From contig CM120646.1 in NCBI GenBank assembly GCA_051362555.1, forward strand, positions 3,782,001-3,846,000: a stretch of DNA of 64,000 nucleotides. Reading direction: 5' to 3'. Below the pieces are notes generated by a model. That model was not told the DNA's origin and searched no databases. It saw only the letters and a list, made by a program, of their open reading frames with translations. Both the position numbers and the translations under genes were made by a program. Of the stretch, positions 40,101 to 51,319 are shown in pieces. This DNA is from Lingula anatina. Lineage: Eukaryota; Animalia; Brachiopoda. Each line of letters begins with the position of its first letter. Position 1 is the first letter of the stretch.

Positions 40101-40527
40101 AAGGTGCAGCTTTAAGCCCTTAAGTGGGGGGAAGGTGGGCGTCCGCTCTAGGTCGCTTCTATTGCTTTAGGCACTATGTCACTTCCCAAGACGATAAAAA
40201 AGTCTTCCTTTTTTCGAATAATAACCCTCTTTTCAAGACTGAGTGCACTGTCTTAACTTTTCTAAATAAAGTGGGGAGGGAATACCATGTATCACAATTG
40301 TCATTTTTAAGCATAAGATCTTTTTTCCCAAAAACAATATTTTGTATTTCCACTATGGAAAACAAAATGTCTTAATATTGACAGCGAAGAGACATCATAT
40401 TATCATCATCAATTATATTATTGAAAATAAAGCGAGGTTTAATATACTCACTTAACTCGATCTTGTCTGCCGAAATCTGACGAAGAAATTCTATCGTACA
40501 AACAAGCAGAATCGTTCTGAAGGCCAT
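33577..40527 (-). CDS. TTLL4-like ATP-grasp ligase, type B copy B3, 14 coding exons, 586 aa, signal peptide with G13E
   Basis: Exons 40527-40452, 40057-39812, 39118-39014, 38780-38695, 38394-38200, 37763-37681, 37369-37241, 36838-36728, 36226-36125, 35732-35598, 35085-34966, 34755-34647, 34329-34178, 33688-33577. Same lengths as B1. Confidence 0.88.
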
Positions 40528-41887
40528 CTTAAACTGATAAAGCAGTGTCTTTGCGTAGTAGTCCTTTTTTAATACTCTGCAACTGGGTGGATGTATGTTC
40601 ATGGAAAAATATGCAGTGATTTAGAAGAATACCAGCAGTATTCAAATTGATTATAGACGTTTATACAGAATTCATCATATGCAGAACCATATGCTTCTGT
40701 ATATCATGCAATAATGTATTCAGGTTTTAAGGCATTATTCATATCTTGTCATTTCAGGTGAGAGACAGGTTAGGAGGAATAGACGGGGCTATCCCATTTG
40801 TCCTTCTTTTAATGCAAACATTCTGTTATCAAGTTTCTTTCTATAATGCAAACTGTTGGTAGCTATAAGTTTGGGAACCCAGTTCAAACATGCTGAAGCA
40901 TAGACTGGGTTCCCATTCCTAGATCGATCTACAGCATCGCTCCATCTTCTAGCGGTTTCTCGCTAAATTGTTTTCAGCTTAAGCCGCTTAGATGTCTGGC
41001 ACGCCTACTGAAGCTGCTAAACGATAATTAATTACCCCCTAGCAGCTTCAGTAGGCGTGACAGTCATCTAAGCCTCTTTAGTTGAAAGCAATTTAACGAG
41101 AATCTCCTCGGTGATAGATCGATCCACAGTTAGTACGATAGGGTCTGGGAATGGTCCTAAAATTTACGCTAACTGTAATAACTGCAACGATGACATTGCT
41201 CCTGGGAACAAAATAACAATGTAATCACAAAATAAAAATCTGAAGTTTTACCCCACCGTGTGAAGTATTGTATAATGATGTGACCTCCAAGTAACTGGTG
41301 TTAGCCTTGATGTAGAAACCATAAAGTTATGGAATTAGAATTGTATTGTTGCATTGGCGTTAATAAAAAGTAAGGGGTTGCTACACTGCTACATCTAAGG
41401 CACACCACGGGCTGAGAAACTGCTGCACTGCCATCATGTATCGTAACGTACATTTCACTCCTTGCTTAAAAAGTAAAAAAAAAATAACGCATATACAACT
41501 GTAAAATATCAGGATGTAGAAACTGTCACATTACCATACTTCAAATGAGCTGCCCCCGTTTTAACTCAAGCTCCCTCATCGCGTGGTCCCATGGTTCGTA
41601 TGTTGCTAGAACGATGCTGTAGTACCCTTTACCAAGGCGATAGATTGATTTTCACAAGATATTCACAGGTATATCTTTAGATAAATAGAAAGTCATTCTG
41701 GCTTTTTGAAATTTTGCCTGCAATATCTGCCACCCTGGTAGAGGGTAATGCAGTAGTACAGTTGACTCGTTTTGCACTTTTGGAATGCTTAAAAATTGAA
41801 GCACGTACCTCCTTAAATAGTAGGCCGTGCTTTAATAGATGACGAAAAAAAGACTTATGTATGTTCGTGTTGGTGTGTGTAGGCCCA

Positions 41888-42751
41888 TAGTACAGTGTAG
41901 TAGTCTGGAGTCATTGTGTTCCATTGTGGCAGTATAGTCCTGTGCCTCCTAGTACAGTGTAGTAGTCTGGAGTCATTGTGTTCCATTGTGGCAGTATAGT
42001 CCTGTGCCTCCTAGTACAGTGTAGTAGTCTGGAGTCATTGTGTTCCATTGTGGCAGTATAGTCCTGTGCCTCCTAGTACAGTGTAGTAGTCTGGAGTCAT
42101 TGTGATCCATTGTGGCAGTATAGTCCTGTGTCTCCTAGTACAGTGTAGAAGTCTGGAGTCATTGTGTTCCATTGTGGCAGTATAGTCATGTGTCCCCTAG
42201 TACAGTGTAGTAGTCTGGAGTCATTGTGTTCCATTGTGGCAGTATAGTCCTGTGCCTCCTAGTACAGTGTAGTAGTCTGGAGTCATTGTGTTCCATTGTG
42301 GCAGTATAGTCCTGTGACTCCTAGTACAGTGTAGTAGTCTGGAGTCATTGTGATCCATTGTGGCAGTATAGTCCTGTGACTCCTAGTACAGTGTAGTAGT
42401 CTGGAGTCATTGTGTTCCATTGTGGCAGTATAGTCATGTGTCCCCTAGAACAGTGTAGTAGTCTGGAGTCATTGTGTTCCATTGTGGCAGAATAGTCCTG
42501 TGCCTCCTAGTACAGTGTAGTAGTCTGGAGTCATTGTGTTCCATTGTGGCAGTATAGTCATGTGTCCCCTAGTACAGTGTAGTAGTCTGGAGTCATTGTG
42601 TTCCATTGTGGCAGTATAGTCCTGTGTCTCCTAGTACAGTGTAGTAGTCTGGAGTCATTGTGTTCCATTGTGGCAGTATAGTCCTGTGCCTTCTAGTACA
42701 GTGTAGTAGTCTGGAGTCATTGTGTTCCATTGTGGCAGCATAGCCCTGTGT
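41888..42751. repeat. 62-bp minisatellite, about 14 near-identical copies
   Basis: Unit TAGTACAGTGTAGTAGTCTGGAGTCATTGTGTTCCATTGTGGCAGTATAGTCCTGTGCCTCC starts at 41888, 41950, 42012 ... 42694. Confidence 0.97.
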
Positions 42752-43228
42752 ACCATACAAGTACTACTACTTCTATAAGTGTACATGCATGTTTTGTGCA
42801 GTTTTATGTTAGTATGTTTAGTATACAGTTTACGATTATGTCTTTATGTATGGATACTTTTATGAATAATGATATGTTGTTTAATTATATATCATTGGTC
42901 GTATATTTGCAAAGGGGTATGTGGGATATAACATACTGTCACCCAGGGCGATGTTATTTGACGTACACACCGACAGTACTCGCATTTTACCGAGCCCCCC
43001 CCCCCCTTAAGCCGACTACTTTAAGGCGTACCGGTATATCAGCAGGGTCAAATAACATCTCTCGCTATGTATAAGTAACTTACAGTGTCTCACACGGTGG
43101 GCACAACATTCACAATAGGCATAAATCCCAATTAAACAACTTTAACAAAGTTTAATTTTGCAATCAAAGTGACTTGTTTTTATTCCCAAGAACACTGTCA
43201 AGGTAGCACTTATGGCAGTTAGTTGAAA

Positions 43229-46200
43229 TCATGCTTCAACATGTTTGAACTGGCGGCACAGCGACTCCAGAATGTCCCTCCCTGCCTCTTGGTTGTCATG
43301 GAAACGGCTGATCCACTGGTGAAGAAGTAGGTTGTAGTACCTAGAAGACATCATTTTACGACATTAACGAGAGTCGAATAAATAAATAAATAAATAAATA
43401 AATATAAAAAACAGTCCGTTGTTTGTAGGCCTGCAGCCTGTAATTTAAAAGGTTTGGGGAGGAGGTCTTTTTTCTGAAAAAGAGGCCCTTTTACCAACAA
43501 CCTACGTGTAACTAGATAAATGATAAATACTTAATCCGGGAAAAGGGGCGGTTCATTCGACCCCCCCCCCCCCCCCCCCCCCACAACAACCCTGGCTGCG
43601 GCTCTGGTATTCCTACAATGATATTTTATTGAATACTTGTGTCTCTCCACTTTTTACGGAATTAATGCATCACTTTTAGTATTATTTTGATGTAAGATTA
43701 TATATAATGAAAATCCGTTTGAGGAAATCGTTTTAATAAAAAATAAATATCATTGACGCCGAAGACTAATCTATTTGAAAACTTCTGATTTAAAAGGTCG
43801 AAGAGTAAAACTTTCTTGACCTTGGTTGTTCAAAGAATCGTAGGAATGTCCCGGTATCTGGACCAGGAAATATTCTTTCAAACTGTCCCTTTCTGTTGTC
43901 TTCGTCTATTGTTTCTATCAGCATCCGCACGTCATCTGCCGTCAGGTTGTCTAATATGGTTTGTTGTTGGGTCTTGTCAATATAAAGAAAAAGTGTTTGC
44001 TTCTTTAGTTTATAGGGTAAAGATGAGTGTGTAGTTTTTACCCAAAGTGCTGATCAACGAGGCTTATTGATATGAAAGAGATCCACTTTCAGAGTACTGT
44101 GAGAAAATTTGGGAAGGTGGACAAGATTAACCATATTAGGAGTTCAAAAGCTTAAAAGGAAGTATGTCAATTATGACCATTATAATAACAGTAAAAATAG
44201 CCGTATAAATGTTAATATCGAATTAAAATCTTCTCCCCCTCCCCAACCCCAACTCTTCCCCAACTCTACCCACCTCACTAAGACTTTGCGTGTAGTATTC
44301 ATGCTTCTTATGCGTCTCCGCGGACAGCGTCTGCACCCACAGCCTATGGTCCATAGTAAGGTGTTTAGGAACGCTTGACTTTCTGAAATATAACCACTTA
44401 CATGTGCTTCAAATATGCGTTTGTGTTAATATCGACGGGTAAAGTGCAATTGTTTCTTGTAGATGTAACATGAATAGGCAAAGGAAACGATTGACTGTTA
44501 GAGGGTAGAACTTTACAAATTAAACATGACTGTTTAGATTTTAAATCGGGTGTTTACAACGATTTATGTACGAGCTAGAGCGACAAGTCTACCTTTCCGG
44601 TCCCAACTGCGATCGAAACTCCCTGTTCCCCAGAAAAGGAACCTGTATACCAGCAAGGTTCAGCACATCCTTTAACAACGGTACGTGTACCTTGGTGAAG
44701 TTACGGTCCATACTGAAAGTTGATATGAATGCAATTGACTGCCGTCTGAGGCCTATCAGAGAATGAACAATGCCATCATCAAGCACTGGAATTGTTTTAA
44801 TGGCCATTTCATAATACTAGGCGCTAATGAATTGATCAATAAAAACATTAACCTTCCAGAGGCGCCCCCTTAAATTTACAAGCCAGGCACTTCGCTAATA
44901 GTAGAAAAAAGATCGCAGTCAGCATCTGGTTAATGAAAGCATAGCATTGCATCATCACACTTACACATGATTAATCAAATGTAATTACTGAAGAACGTGC
45001 TCAAAATATGGTAAATATTATGATCAATAGTCATAGCTATAAGATATTCTATTGGAGATGCTTATTCTGTAAAAAAAAAAAGAGAAAGAAAAGAGATATT
45101 AATGAAACAGAAATCGCCAACGTTTTTCTTTCCTTTTTTTTTTGGCCCAAAGATGGCCCAAGATAGAAACCATAACATGTGGATTTATTTATAGAATTCT
45201 CACTTACAAAGGAGACACGTTGACCTCAAGCACCCACGGTTTGAGGTTAGCGTCCAAAAGAACGTCGAAGCCAAAGATTTCATGGACGCTGTATCTGCTC
45301 TTTAGGTAGGACTTGGCTGCCTTGCGCATGTCAGCCTCTCCGCTACGATATGTGATTAAACCATAATCATATATAGATATCCGATATCAAGACTATACGT
45401 ACTTGTATGAGATAATTGAGCGAACCGCTATGATAGGCAAGCTACTGTTTCAGGCTATACACAGAATGTTAACCTGCTGCGAAAATCAATTTACAAAATG
45501 TCAGAAGATTCAACTTATGGTCAGCAGGTTATGCACGGCTGCGCAACGGTTAAGAAACGTGCCAAAATATTTCTGTCAAACCAATATATCAATTTTTTAA
45601 ATTATCGAAATACCTTTCCAACCCCTCGGACTGCATCAAGCATACAGTATATATTCCTTCTTTGAAGACCCGTATTGAAAGAAACGGTCACAGTTTAAGG
45701 CCAGATGTTTACCTTATGATAGTCTTGATAATTATTTCTTTTACATCCTCCCAAACCGGCTTTCGATCTATTCCGTGGTGCCGTTTTAAATATGCCCAAA
45801 ACGTAGAATACGACCTGCAATGGAATTCATGGAGACCCAGCTTTGTCATATAGTGTCATAGTGCGGCATGCCATGCTATGTCATGCTATGTCATGTTATG
45901 CTATGTCATGTTATGCTATATTATGTTACGCCTGTCATGATACGTTATATCATGTTATATCATTTTAGAATATGTTATCTTATTCTATGTTACGTTATGC
46001 TATGGCATGCTTTATCATGTTTTAACCGTAAAAGGTATACCATGTTATGTGCTTTTATGTGATGTGATGTTTTATCATTTCATGTGATATAAGATGTTTT
46101 TATGATAGACATCCTTCAACCATAAAGGGACCCCTTAATTATGTACATTTTAAACATGTATTGAGAACAAGTTCATTAAAAGTTCATTAAAACCGATGAA

Positions 46201-46627
46201 ACATTACTGTTTATTTTTAAAAAACGTTGTCACAAAGCTACATATAATTTAGGAATTGTCATTTCATTTGAGTTATTCTTACCAAGTGTGTCCTTCTTGC
46301 ATCTCATGATCGATACGGAAACCGTTCTTCTTACTATTGACAGCAAAGTTTGTTAAATGTGCGAATTTATTATTGACGTTCTTCATGGAAAACCTGAAAT
46401 CGAAAAAGTTAAACGTGATTGTGGAGATAACCTTTGCCAAAACTCCAGTGTAAATTAAGGAAGATTACTGCCAGAAAAGCAACCGCTTTCAGCCACCAAG
46501 AGTTTGATGAAATGTTATAGATTCGGTAAAATGCTGATTATCGATGTTTGTTTACATCGAACTTAGAAAACCGGGTAAACACATGATCGACACCCTGGTG
46601 GGTTAATTAATTTTCATTTATTAACAA

Positions 46628-46662
<35 letters not shown>

Positions 46663-49600
46663 TGTGTGTGTTTGCTGCCATTTGTTTCTTGGACTTAATG
46701 TTGTAAAATATGGTGTGCGAAAATGGCTCTCCTTTTGTTGACAATCTCTTTTAGCTGCAGTTTCGACTACTAAAGAATTAAATTATACAAAATATACTCA
46801 CTTCTCGGAGGCAAATCTAACTAGACCTTCTGGGTATAGGTATATCCGTAATGGGTCCACCGAAGTCACTTCCACGTAAATCCGCAAATCGAACTTGTAC
46901 CCTTTGATGAGGAAAGGGTTCGGGACATACCTTGTGAAATTTCGAAAAAGCGCAAAGCAACAAATCATGTTAATAGATTCTTTATACAGATACACGAGCG
47001 TATCTGGGAACCGGGAAAAACACTCGAGCAACAGCGATAACATAGAATTAAAAACGGGTTACAGTGTACATTTTGATGCTTTTAATTGGTCTGGAATGAT
47101 AGTGAGAATAAGAATAATAAAACATTATTTCTTCAGATAGTCATTTGTCATAAAAAGAGAAATCAATGCAGTTCGACAACACCCAGCCACCATTGTCTCA
47201 ATAGTTTTAGTGCTTATAGCACACTACTTGCCTTTGTGCGACAGCATTTCGGTACTTGTTGGCGTCTTGCCACTTTCGTGTCATATATATTCCCGCTGCT
47301 TTACTGTAACAGTACTTTAAGCAAGGAGTGAAATGTATGTTACGATACATGATGGCAGTGCAGCATGTTTCATTCAATTAAGCAATGAATCAATCAGTAT
47401 TTATCGATTTAATGGCCTATTTTACAAAGCCCATTGCAGAAAAATTTCATCGTGGAACAATTGCATGTGCTAACTTATAATCCATTTATAGGAAAGATAT
47501 GCTGTAATGATAATTTAGAAATCTACAGAAAATGTGTTAAAAGATAAAAGAAAGAAACATTTCACAAAGTTTAAGGCTCAAATGATACCAACTTCAATGA
47601 CATACTTAGCAGGCAGCCTTTCGGTGGTCAGCAGATTTTTAAAAAGTCGATAGAGATAATTTAAACTGGTGCACTGGTTTAATCAGTATAATTGGATCAA
47701 ATAACAGGCGCCGATTTCAACATTTACCGGTTTGACAATCCAGACATGGTCTTCAGTGCTGCTGTGTGAAAACTGTCGAAGCCCGTTGACATCAGTGGGA
47801 AGAACGAAGGTAGTTGGATAAAAGTCGTATTCCTTTTTCCCGTGAATCAGCGCCATGTTTTGCAAATTCCGCGTCAGTCTGTCTTTGCATCCAATTGTCC
47901 AGCTGTCCGGAATGAATTTGAACTGAAAGAAAAACTTCCACTAATTGTAAAACATCCAATTCATTGACTTTATTCATTCTACAAAGAGTTAAATTGACAA
48001 AATGTATATCGTGAAAATGAAATAAATTAATGGCTGTATTTGATCGCCTTTTACTGTCAACTTAGCCTGTCGATATTCAAGGATGGTTAGGGGTTGATGC
48101 CAATCGAACTAGACTCAATTCCCCTTTTTTCTGAAATCATATGGGCTTTTTTTTCAGAGATATTTTGATGGTCCATTTCCATTTCCATTGTATCCCCTAA
48201 ACATCCTTAATTTACCTTCTGCTGCGGTGATATGTTCAGAAAAGATTCCACTTCCCTGGGTTTAAATGGTTCATGAAAATACATCGTCCAGTTTTGAGTA
48301 TCTGGAACCATAAAACATACTTTATATATTACAAAAGACTTTCCTTACTTAACAATTACAGACAGATACGGAAACCGAATGCATGTTTCGATTCATTTTT
48401 TTTTTTTTTCATAGTAAGACCCCATTCCCAGAGATTAGATGGATCCAACTAGATCGGCCTAACTCCCTGGGGGGTCACGCTAACTAGCTGTCAGCCGAGC
48501 GGGCACGAAAGTTAATTACCCCCTTACAGCTTGTAGTAGGCGGGACGGACATTTAAGCCAGATTATCTAACAGTAATCTAGTGAGACTCCCAACAGGGAC
48601 AGATCAATCTAAAATCTATGGGATTGCGCCCTAAGATGCACTGCTAAAGTAATGCAGAGCATTTTTTTTCTTGAAATTTTCAATTTTGTTATGTAACCTG
48701 GATGCTAATTTCATAAACTTAACTCACCTTTTGTAGGCGCGAAACCAACTTTAAATGCCAGCTCTAAAGCAATATCGTTCCCCTTGTGATAAACAGTCAA
48801 TAGGTTTCTTATCCGAGGACTCAACATATCAACTGAAGGCAAGGAATGTGAAAGATAAAAAGAACATATAGATCGAAGTTCAGTTTGTAATGCACTGTTG
48901 GTTTTTGTATATATTGTATTGTACGTATTACAATATTATATTAATATTTCAGTGACTGTGCACCTGTGAATGTGTATGTATTGTATTAAGTTACACAACT
49001 GTACTGATGTAGTGTATCTTTTTGTATTTGTAACATAATGTGCTTTCTGTTTCTGTGATGCATTGCATGTTTTTGTATGTTTATATATATATTGTAATGT
49101 GTTGTATTGTGTTTGTATATGCTTAATAAAAAAAATGGTTTGGTATGTTTTGCACAGAAGAAAAGACAACAAGTACGTTTCTGTCCATGAAATTTCTAAT
49201 CTTTTTTTATGTTAACCTTGGTTTTCCTTCCTGACCACACAGCATCAACCCGTTTTACCCCCCACAGTTACCAAAGAGCGCATTCAGAATACCGGACTAA
49301 CAGACCCGCGGATCAAATATGATCGACCCAATTGAATGCTTGTTGCAATAATCCCCTTGGTTAATCTATTAAGTGTCTAATTGGGAATAAAGCGCCCAGC
49401 TTTTTAGTGGTTCTCCATATTTGATCCGCGGACAAGTAAGTCCACGTACTGTTGTGAATGTGCTCAAATTCTTTTCGATGGGAATTTTACGTATGTCAGT
49501 AAACAACCTCGACCAGCTCACCATCTTCATCCGGCAGCACGAAGTTGATGGTCGGTGGCACGTTTGAGAACAGGCTGGGAGTCAGGGCTGGATGCACATG

Positions 49601-50268
49601 GTGTTTTTCTTCATCTGGATATTCCTCAGGCTGAACTCGAACCGTGGTCCTGGGACAACTCTCTGATGGTTTTTCCCGGGTTCCTGTGCCGCCTGGAGTA
49701 GTTCCAGTGATTGCTTGTTTCTCACAAACATCATTATCCTGCCCATTTAGTTGGTGGCAATTGTATGCTATGCTCAAATTATAAATTTAATGGTTAGTCT
49801 TAACAACATGAAGGTGCAGCTTTAAGCCCTTAGGTGGGGGGGGGGGGGGGGAAGGTGGGCGTCCGCTCTGGGTCGCTTCTATTGCTTTAGGCACTATGTC
49901 ACTTCCCAAGACGATAAAAAAATCTCCCTTTTTTCGAAAAATAACTCTTTTCAAGACTGAGTGCACTGTCTTAACTTTTCTAAATAAAGTGGGGAGGGAA
50001 AACCCTGTATCACAATTGTCATTTTCAAGCATAGGGGCTTTTTCCCCAAAACAATATTTCGTATTCATAATAATGACATTTTCACACTTCATTGGTATTT
50101 CGATATGAAAAACAAAATGGTTTAATATAGGCACCAAAGAAACATCATGTCAATCATATTATTGACAATAAAGCGAGGTTTAATATACTCACCTAACTCG
50201 ATCTTATCTGCCGAAATCTGACACAGAAATCCTATCATACAAACAAACAGAATCACTCTGAAGGCCAT
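43229..50268 (-). CDS. TTLL4-like ATP-grasp ligase, type B copy B4, 14 coding exons, 586 aa, signal peptide
   Basis: Exons 50268-50193, 49767-49522, 48832-48728, 48301-48216, 47922-47728, 47314-47232, 46930-46802, 46393-46283, 45814-45713, 45342-45208, 44712-44593, 44382-44274, 43972-43821, 43340-43229. N-terminus [25 protein letters not shown]. Confidence 0.88.
48418..48631. mobile_element. PIF/Harbinger-like MITE unique to B4 intron 3
   Basis: TAA duplication at 48415-17 and 48632-34; empty site AG-TAA-GATGCACTGC in B2 (~30100) and B3 (~38888); imperfect TIRs GACCCCATTCCCAGAGATT / AATCTATGGGATTGCGCCC. Confidence 0.85.
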
Positions 50269-50512
50269 TTGAAACTGACATAAAGTACTGGTGTAGCAGT
50301 CTTCTGTAATACTCTGCAGTTGGGTGGATGTATGTTCATGGAAAAATATGCAGTGTTTAAAAAGAATACCAGCAGCATGCAAAATTAGCCGTAGAAGTTT
50401 ATACAGAATTCATCATATGCAGCACCATATCATGCAATAATGTGTTCAGGTTTTAAGGCGATCTACATATCTTGTCGTTTCGGGTTAGAGACAGGTCAGG
50501 GGGTATAGAGGG

Positions 50513-50718
50513 CAGGGGCGGATCCAGGATAATTTGAAGGGGGGCTCCGAGGATCCGAAGCCGACCCCCCTCCCTTGGCGTATGGTTCGGGACAAGCTGA
50601 AGGGCCCCGAAAAAAAATGGTGTTGTAGAGGGCGAACGGTGCCATTTGGCACGGTTTGGAACTATTATTCAGCTAGTCAAAATTCAGGACCCCCTTTGCC
50701 CCCCTAAATCCGCCATTG
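50513..50718. mobile_element. Short GC-rich non-autonomous element upstream of B4
   Basis: CAGGGGCGGATCCAG ... CTAAATCCGCCATTG inverted ends, flanked by a GAGGG direct repeat; absent at the paralogous sites upstream of B2 (~31995) and B3 (~40780). Confidence 0.7.
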
Positions 50719-50864
50719 GAGGGGGGTGCTATCCCAGCTGCCGCTCTTGAATCCAAACATTTTATATCAACTTTCCTTCTATAATACAAACCGTTGGTAG
50801 CTATAACCAGCTCCATGGAGCTATGAGAGGCACCGATTGTTAGCTTAGAGTTATTGGGGTCACA

Positions 50865-51319
50865 GCCAAAAAAATTAACGTCGGTGAATTAATTCTGTTT
50901 CAATATTATCTCTTCTTTTCTACAAACAAGCATCACGTATTATATAAACATGTATCTTACAGCCATTAGTTTTGATCACAATATTTATATTTTCAGCACG
51001 TTATTCAGGAATTATATTATCTTTATCATATGTAGCCTATATTTAGTTGGGTAATGACGCAATACGATACTTTAACAAGATGTTGACTGGCCCGGGCCTT
51101 GTGAATACTATTGGCGAAGTGCCTTGCGTGTCAATTAAAGGGGGAGCTACTGGGAGGTTAAAGTTTTTATTTGTCAAATTTAGCGACTAATATTATGGAA
51201 ACTTCCTCAAAAACAGCCCCAATGCTCGCCTCCGGCACTGCTCTTACTCTGATAGGCCTCAGACTGCAGCATATTGCTTCGAGTCGCTGCGCCGCCAGTT
51301 CAAACATGTTGAAGCATAG
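50865..51319 (+). pseudogene. Inverted, internally deleted remnant of a type B TTLL gene (intron 10 joined to the end of the last exon)
   Basis: 50865-51277 is a diverged reverse complement of intron 10 (16242-16747 / 26341-26830). It is followed at 51281-51319 by GAGTCGCTGCGCCGCCAGTTCAAACATGTTGAAGCATAG = [12 protein letters not shown]. Confidence 0.8.

Noticed and set aside
24821-40527. B2 and B3 as uncollapsed haplotypes of one gene
   Set aside because: Not fully excluded without reads, but their 3' regions differ at diagnostic sites, with B2 matching B1 and B3 matching B4 in exon 12, which favours real paralogues.
41888-42751. Possible CRISPR array
   Set aside because: Units are contiguous and near-identical with no unique spacers, there are no cas genes, and the context is eukaryotic.
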